Virus record (IMG/VR): IMGVR_UViG_3300017971_000185
Span: 186,001-250,000 of that record
Direction: 5' to 3' (one strand)
Length of the DNA stretch: 64,000 nt
A program made the position numbers and the translations under genes. Below, in pieces: positions 55,944 through 63,678 of the stretch. Every line of letters starts with the position of its first letter. Within the stretch, counting starts at the first letter, position 1. Under the pieces are notes generated by a model. It saw only the letters and a list, made by a program, of their open reading frames with translations, did not search any database and was not told where the DNA came from.

Positions 55944-57362
55944 CTACTCAAAGGTAAGCATCGGATTCGAGGCTGTGCCGGTCTCGCCTTGGCGGCGATG
56001 CTCCGGTAGTGAGCCTCCGGCCTGACGGTTCAGGCGCCTTGGTATGAGTCCTGCGGAACTGTCCCGACGACGCCGGTATCGCCCTCGCAGCAACTCCCCC
56101 ACGTCTCGGTGATGATCGTCGAGACCGACCTGTTCGTCCTGAGAACGTCTCAGCAGGTTGATCCCTCCCACCACGTCGGCATGAGAACGTCTACCGCAAC
56201 TGCGGCAGACGAAATCGATTCCTGATCGGTTCCGTCGAGAAACGTAACCACAGGAGGGGCAAGTCTGGGACGTGTACGCCGGGTTCACCTTGATCACCGC
56301 TGCCTTCGTCTCCAAAGAGTGGGCCAAGGCCCGGTAGGCGAACCTCTTCTGTCCCCGACATCCTTGAAGGTCGAGATCTTCGATCACGAACACGGTGCCC
56401 TTCGGCGCATCACGGACCAGCTTGTTCGCCGTCTCTCCCGTGATGGTTTTCACCATCCCGGTGAGCTTCGACTCCAAGCGGTCGAGCCGAGGGCTGTTCT
56501 CCTTGAAACCTTGGCGCTGTCGGTTCGCACGAAGGTTCCTGACGCGTTCGTAGAGCCTGTCGAATTTGGGTTTGAGGTCGGCACCGAACGTTCGGCCGTC
56601 AGACGTGGCCGCCACCACGTTCAGGCCGACATCGACACCGATTTTAGGAGCATCTGGCTGAGGCTCGGGGACGACCCACTCCTTCTTCTCGACAACCTCG
56701 AACCGCCATCGGCCCCGCTTGTCCTTGCGAGCGTGGACTCCCTTCGACACGTCCGAAGAGGACCCGACGTAAGGATTTCCGTTCAGCGGAAGCCAGATGA
56801 CTTTCCGGCTGACCAACGTGGAGATCTTGATCCACATCGGAGCCATCGCAGCTTCGTTGGCGTCGGCCAGCGTGCAGGTGTTCTCCGACATCCGCATGGG
56901 GATACGGTCAGACACTCTCGGCGGGTTCCCGGAGACCTCGGGGTCGAGGAGAAGTTTCCAGTAGGCGTCGATGGCTTCCTGGGTGACATGCTTCCAAGGA
57001 ACGGAGATCAGGTGCTTGCCCACGGTGCAGAGGGCATGTCGCTCATCTTGGGAGATCTGGCCGAACCTATGGAGACGGGTGAGGTGCTTCTTGATGGCAC
57101 GCTCGTAGGTTGCCTTGGCCCAGGTACTTACGATCTGGATGGCGTGGTCTCGTGCGTTCTTCTGGATCTGGGACGTGAGCTTTTCAGCCTTTGGGAAGAA
57201 GGCTTGTTTCTTGGACCGCTTGAGGTTGAGCCTCCGGCCATCGAACATCGCCTGCACGCAAATACGGACGTACTTGACGTACTCCACATGCAGGGCCTCC
57301 AGGGCAGCGACCTTGCCTTGGTTGGTCTCCGGGTGGAGATAGAGGTGGCGTGACTTCTTCAC
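55944..57362 (-). mobile_element. tnpB: Stand-alone TnpB (IS200/IS605/IS607-type RNA-guided nuclease) gene
   Basis: RuvC I GVDVG, RuvC II VIEDL, Zn finger TSQTCPSCG..F.C.SCG, RuvC III HADVVG.IN. No tnpA and no CRISPR array nearby. Opposite strand to the upstream neighbours. Confidence 0.9.
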
Positions 57363-57493
57363 GAAAAACGGTAGTTTAGCATGGAAACGGGCGGTAGGTT
57401 CTCTCAGGAATGCTTAGGTTTACTGGGATTTGGCGTCAACAGTTCGCAACCCCGATACTCCTTCAGCACGGTGACCTTGGGAGTTGCGCTTTT

Positions 57494-58558
57494 CTATTGG
57501 AGAAGAGGCAGGATCTTGTCCCGAGCCTCGGGATGCTCGTAAGCAAGTCGGATGAGAGCCTTCCGCAGACTCCCTTCCTTCTTGAGCTTGCTCTTGTGCT
57601 TCTCCTTGTATTTTTTCTGCTTGTCCTCGGCAAGCGGTTCGCCTTGGAAGTCGGCTTGATAGACACCGGGTTGGGACGCTGCTTCATGGAGCAGATCGTC
57701 CATGTCCATGTCAATCACTACGACTTCCATGGTGCGCTTGGGATCGATTGTGAGCACGGCTGCCCAACGGTGGTGTCCGTCGAGGATGTAGCCGTCGCGT
57801 GAGATCATCACCTTGGGTTCTTCGGTCAGCGCGTTGAATTTGCCTTTGAGATGGGCGTCTGCGATGCCGAAGGTCTTGGCCGCCTTGATCTCTTTCTGCG
57901 TGGCCTTTAGCTCTCCAACACGAACGCGGGATTGCTTCGATCCGGCTCCCGCTTCCTCGAAACGGTCGAGCATCTGACGCATGATGGGGCGGTCGTCATC
58001 GGGATCGGCTCCCGCCTGGACCATCGCCTGACCTTTCTTGCGCTCTAGCTCGTCATCGGAATCGAGCATCTCGCGGACTGACTTGCCGCCTTCGATCTGG
58101 GGCATCTTGTCTCGCGTGAGCCCTTTGTTCTCGACACAGACGGGAGGGCTCATCTTGCAGACATCGGCGCCAGCTTCAATGCCTTCCCTGACTTTCTGGG
58201 CGATCTCGGCAGCCTGGATCGCGTCGTCTCCGACAATCTCCAGGTTGTACTCTTTGATGGCTTCGCGATGCTCTTTCGGCAAGTCCTTGGGTTCCGCAGG
58301 AGGCTTGCCTTTGCGCTTTTCGAGCATCTTCTCGCCTCCTTTGGGGCTCTCCACGGGGATCTTCTCCGTGTCTGCTGGGCCTTTCTTCTCCTCTTTCGGC
58401 TTGCCCTTGGTCTTTTTCTCCGCGACTGTGTGAGCCTTGGGATCGGCGTCGGGGTGCTCCTCAAGATACTTCTTGAGTGCCTTCTCGGTGGGAAACTCCC
58501 CGGCCTCTCGCTCCATTCGAAGAGCGAGCACACGAGCCTGCTGGCGAAGATCGTGCAT
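57494..58558 (-). CDS. ParB/Srx-like domain protein with terminal tags
   Basis: LKATQKEI...VMISRDGYILDGHHRWAA. N-terminal ARVLALRM and C-terminal LRKALIRLAYEHP..R..ILPLL. Confidence 0.7.
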   Translation of the reverse strand: MHDLRQQARVLALRMEREAGEFPTEKALKKYLEEHPDADPKAHTVAEKKTKGKPKEEKKGPADTEKIPVESPKGGEKMLEKRKGKPPAEPKDLPKEHREAIKEYNLEIVGDDAIQAAEIAQKVREGIEAGADVCKMSPPVCVENKGLTRDKMPQIEGGKSVREMLDSDDELERKKGQAMVQAGADPDDDRPIMRQMLDRFEEAGAGSKQSRVRVGELKATQKEIKAAKTFGIADAHLKGKFNALTEEPKVMISRDGYILDGHHRWAAVLTIDPKRTMEVVVIDMDMDDLLHEAASQPGVYQADFQGEPLAEDKQKKYKEKHKSKLKKEGSLRKALIRLAYEHPEARDKILPLLQ

Positions 58559-58915
58559 CTAGCTCAGCTTGCCAATGACGTTTCGGATGCGCTCACGCAA
58601 TTGTCGAAGCTGCCTGAATCCGAAATTCATGTTGGCTGGTGCGCCGTGGGTCATGTCTGTCTCGATTGCGTCCATCAATCGTCCACAAACATCAGCGAGG
58701 ATCATCATCCGCATTCTCGGTTGCTTCGGCATGGCTTGCCGTAGCAGTGGGATGATCTCTTGGATCTGATCCTTGATTTTGTCGCCCGCCGTCTCCTCGG
58801 GTAGCTCCTCTGAGTACCCTTCCTTGATTAGCGGAAGAACCGCGTCCCGAACCTCACCGGGGTTCTCGTGAGCCAGTCGGATCAGGGCTTTGCGTAGTTC
58901 TTGCGAGTCAGCCAT
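58559..58915 (-). CDS. Small protein beginning LRKALIRLAHENP..RDAVLPLI
   Basis: Its TAG directly abuts the in-frame ATG of 57494-58558. Confidence 0.7.
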   Translation of the reverse strand: MADSQELRKALIRLAHENPGEVRDAVLPLIKEGYSEELPEETAGDKIKDQIQEIIPLLRQAMPKQPRMRMMILADVCGRLMDAIETDMTHGAPANMNFGFRQLRQLRERIRNVIGKLS

Positions 58916-58931
58916 CTCACCGGAGTCAGAT

Positions 58932-58945
58932 CCATAGCCAAATCA
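58932..58945 (-). promoter_or_regulatory. Candidate late promoter
   Basis: Minus strand TGATTTGGCTATGG 16 nt upstream of ATG 58915. Confidence 0.45.
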
Positions 58946-59012
58946 ATGGCGGCGTATGCGCAGGCGCTCCAAGGCAGCTAGCGGGGCGGTAGAAGAGATA
59001 ATCGGCCGTAAG

Positions 59013-59040
59013 GTAAACTTCTTGCTGAATTTCGCGTAGA
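59013..59040 (+). promoter_or_regulatory. 28-nt phage promoter motif, copy C
   Basis: GTAAACT-TCTTGCT-GAAT-TTC-GCGTAGA. Confidence 0.72.
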
Positions 59041-59053
59041 GAAATCGCAAGCC

Positions 59054-59479
59054 ATGGGTACGTCAAAGATCACGGCGAAGGATTGTCGCAAGTGTGGCTT
59101 GTGTTGCGTCTCTCTACACGATCAAGATGCTTTGGCCGACGTGACTCAAAAAGACATGGACCGACTCAATCCTCGTTGGGCTTCCGCTAACGTCCTAGCC
59201 ATGTCTTCGTTCGATTTTGTGGTGGCTGCCGTGAATGGGCGTCGTCTGCCGCCGGGTGCTATCCGAACCAAGTGGAAGCTCCAACGATGTGGCCCGCTTC
59301 GGGGCGTAGCGGCGTGTGCTTGCGTGGCTCTCCGAGGGTCTGTACTACACCGCACGTCGTGTTCGATCTACAAGAGACGCCCGGATAGTTGTCGGACAGC
59401 CGTGAAACCAGGAGACCAGGCTTGTTTGGAGATCCGGCGACACTGGTCAGAACATGTACAAGAGGTATGCGATGACTGA
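59054..59479 (+). CDS. YkgJ-like CxxCxxCC (Zn/Fe-S) protein
   Basis: CRKCGLCC ... CVAL..CSIY..RP..CR. Confidence 0.8.
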   Translation: MGTSKITAKDCRKCGLCCVSLHDQDALADVTQKDMDRLNPRWASANVLAMSSFDFVVAAVNGRRLPPGAIRTKWKLQRCGPLRGVAACACVALRGSVLHRTSCSIYKRRPDSCRTAVKPGDQACLEIRRHWSEHVQEVCDD

Positions 59480-60224
59480 CGTGTGGTACGACACTCGTGA
59501 AGGTTTGCAGGCGCGGCTGGAGAGCGGTCTTCCGGGTTTGCGAGAGATCGCCAAGGCTCGCCATGAAGCACACTACGACCGTGGTGAAACCATGAAGTCG
59601 TGGTGCCTCCTGGGCATCTTCTTTGCGGACAGCCTGGGAAACCTCTCGTTGATTACTGAGGGCGCTCCGGCCGATGCCTTCCTCGACTACCGAGAGCCGC
59701 CCGTGCCTGTTGTGATGCTGCGGGAAGAGATGGGAAGGTACACACAGCGTTGGGTGGCTACCCACGGATCATGCATTCCGCCAGGAGACGACCGGTGTGA
59801 TCGGTGTGGCCGTGGCTGGACTGTGAACAACGTGCGTGACTTCATCGATCGAGAGCCTAAGTCTCCACGACACTTGGCTTGTCATCGACTGGCGATCATC
59901 GAAGGTGAACGGCGGGACATGGTGGAGATCGTGAAGCGTTCGGAGATTCCGTACACGGACCTTTACATGATCCCGAACGAGTACGTACCAAACTCCGATC
60001 ACTACGGACCTTGGGTCATGGTGGTGACGGCGGTCGGCCGCATCAAGATTGGATGGCGCTTGCGAGTCATCCAGATCGATTGGAGCGAAACGGCTCTTGC
60101 AGCGACGGGCGATGTCGTGGTTGAGAAGCCAAACGTGACTCACGGACCCAAATACGTTCACGCATGGAGCAAGGACAAAGCCGTCGAGGCTCTCCGCAAA
60201 CTGTGGAACGGAGGGACTAGCTGA
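59472..60224 (+). CDS. Conserved-looking phage hypothetical protein
   Basis: IPNEY...PW..V.T..G.IKIGWR.RVI.IDWS...HAW. Confidence 0.65.
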   Translation: MTDVWYDTREGLQARLESGLPGLREIAKARHEAHYDRGETMKSWCLLGIFFADSLGNLSLITEGAPADAFLDYREPPVPVVMLREEMGRYTQRWVATHGSCIPPGDDRCDRCGRGWTVNNVRDFIDREPKSPRHLACHRLAIIEGERRDMVEIVKRSEIPYTDLYMIPNEYVPNSDHYGPWVMVVTAVGRIKIGWRLRVIQIDWSETALAATGDVVVEKPNVTHGPKYVHAWSKDKAVEALRKLWNGGTS

Positions 60225-60228
60225 GCCT

Positions 60229-60256
60229 GTATACTTTTTGGGGATTTTTGCGTAGA
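60229..60256 (+). promoter_or_regulatory. 28-nt phage promoter motif, copy H
   Basis: GTATACT-TTTTGGG-GATT-TTT-GCGTAGA, followed by the GGAG RBS. Confidence 0.68.
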
Positions 60257-60265
60257 GGAGACAAC

Positions 60266-60994
60266 ATGGGAAAGCTGTTCAAATTCTTGGGGGGCGACTG
60301 CGATTGGGCCACTTACGGAGGAAAGTGGTATCGCCAGACTGGTGACAACACCTACCACGTCATTGAGTTGTTCAACTGGGAAGAAGCATGCGGAAGAGAC
60401 GCACCAGACGACACCTATCATGTGGGTCTGAGCGAAGTGGACATTTCTGATTTGGAGCGCGTCCAAGAAGCCTTGTCCTCATGCGGATGGAAACTAAGTC
60501 TTGTTTCGACGGGCGGCGCCGTGTTGTCTGGCCTGCGTGTGGTAGTCGTTGACGACTACAGCGGAGACTGCGTCGCAACGCACAAAAGCACGGTTCGTTT
60601 GTGTCTTGTGGAGGCGCTTCACAGCTATGGTGCGAAAGCGCCACTCGGTCAGTGGAATGGAAACAACCACGCAGTGCTACGGCGGCAAGCTCGGGAGTTG
60701 TCCTTAGAGCTTGACGATCCTACGAAGTACGAGGCAGCCATGGAGAAGCCGGTGAACCAAATCGGCTCGTCTGCACGAGAGTATCAACGAGGAGACATCC
60801 AAGCCGCAGTGAGGCGCGGCGTCAAGGCCGGGAGTGTGGAGGCAGAAATCATCCACAAGATGCAGTTGGCAACCGAAGGACACACTCTAGGTGGCAAAAC
60901 CATTCCAGGCTATGGTTGCGCTCCTTGTCCGGCTTGCGGACAGACTACGTGCGACCCAAATTCATGTCCAGAGTGGGTTGGGGCAACAAAATGA
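60266..60994 (+). CDS. Hypothetical protein
   Basis: GAGGAG RBS; C-terminal Cys cluster. Confidence 0.65.
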   Translation: MGKLFKFLGGDCDWATYGGKWYRQTGDNTYHVIELFNWEEACGRDAPDDTYHVGLSEVDISDLERVQEALSSCGWKLSLVSTGGAVLSGLRVVVVDDYSGDCVATHKSTVRLCLVEALHSYGAKAPLGQWNGNNHAVLRRQARELSLELDDPTKYEAAMEKPVNQIGSSAREYQRGDIQAAVRRGVKAGSVEAEIIHKMQLATEGHTLGGKTIPGYGCAPCPACGQTTCDPNSCPEWVGATK

Positions 60995-61317
60995 GCGCGT
61001 TCATGATTCCCGAGTACGACCACGGCGTGTTCTGGAGCGTCGAGAGCGAGAAGGGATGGTCCACGCTCGTGCCTGGACATCTTGTTGGCTCCGATCCTGC
61101 TCTACAGGACTTCACGGACTACACCGAATGCGGCGAGCCCCTGTCTTTCGAGAAGGCGGAAGGCTGGTTTGCTCGCTTGTCTGCGCCGGGCTACCTGGAC
61201 TCGACCGACTGGAGTGGCCCTTTCGAGACGGAGAAGGAAGCCCGCGAACACGTCAGGGACTTCTACGAAGTAGACGATGACACGGGAGAATGCCTCGATG
61301 AGCATAACCAAGATTGA
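60991..61317 (+). CDS. Small acidic phage protein
   Basis: GWFARLSAPGYLD.TDW.GPF.T..EA motif. Confidence 0.65.
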   Translation: MSAFMIPEYDHGVFWSVESEKGWSTLVPGHLVGSDPALQDFTDYTECGEPLSFEKAEGWFARLSAPGYLDSTDWSGPFETEKEAREHVRDFYEVDDDTGECLDEHNQD

Positions 61318-61783
61318 CCTTCGCCCCATCTGCCGAAATGCAGACAAGGTTGATTGCCTCGTTACGATGCGTGAGGGAGGCCGCGAACAAGAGTGGCTGC
61401 ATCTTGGCGCTGTCAGCTTGACGGAGCGTGGCATCCTGAATGCACGCATGGACAAGGGAGCCACCGATTTCGAGCACGATTCGGCTTACGCTTGTTGTCT
61501 TCCGCTGATCGGCGTGAAGATGGAATACATCGACAGCCACGTGACCATCCTGACTGCGTGGATCAATCCGCAGCATGAGCCGTTTTCACCCGAATTCAAC
61601 GTGCCGCCCTCGGACTACAACCCGATGGAGCATCCAGACACGGTCATGTGTGATCAGTGCGAGGAGCCACATCCCATCGTGCCAGAGGGATTCTACACGC
61701 CGCCTTTCGATGAGGAGCTTTTCGAGGCTGTTCGTGGCAAGAAGGTAACCATCTACATTGGGCCCGTGTGGCCGGAGGAGTGA
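61298..61783 (+). CDS. Hypothetical protein
   Basis: GGAG RBS; CxxC..H. Confidence 0.55.
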   Translation: MSITKIDLRPICRNADKVDCLVTMREGGREQEWLHLGAVSLTERGILNARMDKGATDFEHDSAYACCLPLIGVKMEYIDSHVTILTAWINPQHEPFSPEFNVPPSDYNPMEHPDTVMCDQCEEPHPIVPEGFYTPPFDEELFEAVRGKKVTIYIGPVWPEE

Positions 61784-62076
61784 TGTCTATTCAGGTTGAA
61801 GACAAGACAGAGATCGAGTGGGGCCATTGCGTCGATTGGGGACGTGTCAACGAGGCTGGCGTCTGCTGGTGTCATCGGAACGACGGGCTCACTAGGCGCG
61901 TTGCACTGGTAGTCCGGCAGAAGCCCGGCAAGTACCGTCTGAGTTGCTATCCCGACTGGCGTCTGGTAGGTGCCCAAGATGGGCTCTCCTTGCGTAGCGC
62001 GGTGAGGAAGGCATATCGTTTCATACGGTTCAACAACGACGTGTATTTGTGGGGCGGACAGGAGTTGCAGTCGTGA
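61783..62076 (+). CDS. Hypothetical protein
   Basis: TGATG coupling; GGAGGAG RBS. Confidence 0.6.
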   Translation: MSIQVEDKTEIEWGHCVDWGRVNEAGVCWCHRNDGLTRRVALVVRQKPGKYRLSCYPDWRLVGAQDGLSLRSAVRKAYRFIRFNNDVYLWGGQELQS

Positions 62077-62113
62077 AGCCGAAGATCGAACAACTAGAAG
62101 GTCGTGGAGGTAA

Positions 62114-62428
62114 ATGATGTCGAATCCCCACTGTAGTCCGAGGTACATCGAGACGGCGCAAAACAAGATCGAGGGGGCCAAGGGTGTTCTTGACCGTGCG
62201 AGTCGGGAAGTGTCGGAGCGGTACCAGAAGGCGAAGGAAGAGGCTCAGGCTCGGTTTGAGGAGACGGTTCGCCCGTACAGAGAAGAGTGCAAGCGACGAG
62301 AGGCCGAGGCAGCCAAGGTGCTTCTCGCTGAGCTAGACGAGATCGGAGAGGCATGGCAACGGGAGGCGAAGGAAGTGGATGAAGCCTTCATGCGCACGGT
62401 AAGAGAAGCCAAAGGAGAAGAAGCATGA
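62114..62428 (+). CDS. Coiled-coil hypothetical protein
   Basis: GGAGGT RBS; E/A/R-rich. Confidence 0.65.
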   Translation: MMSNPHCSPRYIETAQNKIEGAKGVLDRASREVSERYQKAKEEAQARFEETVRPYREECKRREAEAAKVLLAELDEIGEAWQREAKEVDEAFMRTVREAKGEEA

Positions 62429-62685
62429 CGCGCACCGAGCACTATCGGCCGGACGAGATCTTCATTGTGAAGGTCCAGCTTTCGGTGATGACCATGTATG
62501 AGGAACCCATCTTTCTGGTCTACGATGAGCACAGGATCATCATGGACCAATTCCCGCAGTCGGAGCTTCCCGAGCTAGCCGAGGCGATGGGAAAGGACTT
62601 GAAGCGGTTTTTCTACGCCGACATCTCAGAGAAAGGGCTGCTCAACATCAATACCCTGGATCCTGTTCCCTGGCAGGACTGGTGA
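62425..62685 (+). CDS. Hypothetical protein
   Basis: ATGA coupling; AAGGAG RBS. Confidence 0.62.
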   Translation: MTRTEHYRPDEIFIVKVQLSVMTMYEEPIFLVYDEHRIIMDQFPQSELPELAEAMGKDLKRFFYADISEKGLLNINTLDPVPWQDW

Positions 62686-62708
62686 CGCGCATCTGGCGCG
62701 CCTCCTCT

Positions 62709-62736
62709 GTAAACTCTCGGCGGAATCCCGCGTAGA
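62709..62736 (+). promoter_or_regulatory. 28-nt phage promoter motif, copy B
   Basis: GTAAACT-CTCGGCG-GAAT-CCC-GCGTAGA. Confidence 0.72.
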
Positions 62737-62752
62737 TGGGATGGAGAGCGCC

Positions 62753-63187
62753 ATGACAGCAACACCAGCCCAAATCGAGGAAATGAATGCCGAGGAGTTT
62801 CTGGCCGAGGTAGATGGTGTCGAGCTTGACGACCCGGACGATCTTCTCGACGCAGCGATCGAGTGCGAGGGTGTCAGGGCCGATCACGGTTGTATGGAGA
62901 GCCGGTGGGTGTTCACCGCTGACCCGTGCGACGGCGAGATCGAGATACGCTGGAAGCAGCAAGAGGCTCCAGACCTGGACTACTTGGCGTTTCGCGAAGT
63001 GTACAAGAGGCTCACTTGCGAGTCGCGGGATCACTACACGGGGGAAATATCCTACATCATCATCATCGAAGCGTCTCTCCTTTCGCTCACCGTGACGCGG
63101 CATGAGGCCCATCGGTGGCGGCGACACGAAGTGTATTGGGAGTGCGAGGCGAAGTATGCCTGGAGGTACGACGACTCGCATCTGTAA
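62753..63187 (+). CDS. Acidic hypothetical protein
   Basis: GGAGAG RBS. Confidence 0.6.
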   Translation: MTATPAQIEEMNAEEFLAEVDGVELDDPDDLLDAAIECEGVRADHGCMESRWVFTADPCDGEIEIRWKQQEAPDLDYLAFREVYKRLTCESRDHYTGEISYIIIIEASLLSLTVTRHEAHRWRRHEVYWECEAKYAWRYDDSHL

Positions 63188-63201
63188 GGAAGACTACTAA
63201 G

Positions 63202-63678
63202 ATGGACGCCAAGATCATCGCGGAAACCAACGCTGCCACGCAGGCACACATCGACAAGGTGCGTGAGTACCTGGAGCGGGCGATCACTGAGCTAAAGAAG
63301 CGCGGTGAGGAGCACGACGCCTCCAAGATGGAGGAGCCCGAGCTTAGCTACTTCTGCACCTACACGCCCAAGCTCAAGAACCTGAAGTACGGCAGTGCCG
63401 ACTACCAAGACTGTCTGTTGCGGCTAGCTCCCGCTCTTGATCACCACTATGAGCACAACCGTCACCATCCCGAGCACTTCGACAACGGGATCGATGGCAT
63501 GACGTTGGTGGATCTGCTGGAGATGCTCTGCGACTGGAAGGCTGCCACGCTGCGGACTGCGGATGGCAGCATGGAAAAGAGCCTGGAGCACAACCGCAAG
63601 AGGTTCAAGATCTCGGATCAGTTGTTCAACATCCTGCGGAACACGGCAGAGGAGTTGTTCGCGGGGACGGACGAATGA
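63202..63678 (+). CDS. DUF5662-like HD-related phosphohydrolase
   Basis: T..HI..V....HDASK...E...YGS..Y..AL.HHY..NRHHPEHF..GI..M.L.DL.EM.CDW.AA. Confidence 0.75.
   Translation: MDAKIIAETNAATQAHIDKVREYLERAITELKKRGEEHDASKMEEPELSYFCTYTPKLKNLKYGSADYQDCLLRLAPALDHHYEHNRHHPEHFDNGIDGMTLVDLLEMLCDWKAATLRTADGSMEKSLEHNRKRFKISDQLFNILRNTAEELFAGTDE

Noticed and set aside
56319-57353. 344-aa plus-strand ORF
   Set aside because: Antisense shadow of tnpB with no motifs.
55752-57493. TnpB as a Cas12f/type V CRISPR effector
   Set aside because: No repeat-spacer array or cas1/cas2 on either side or anywhere in the window.
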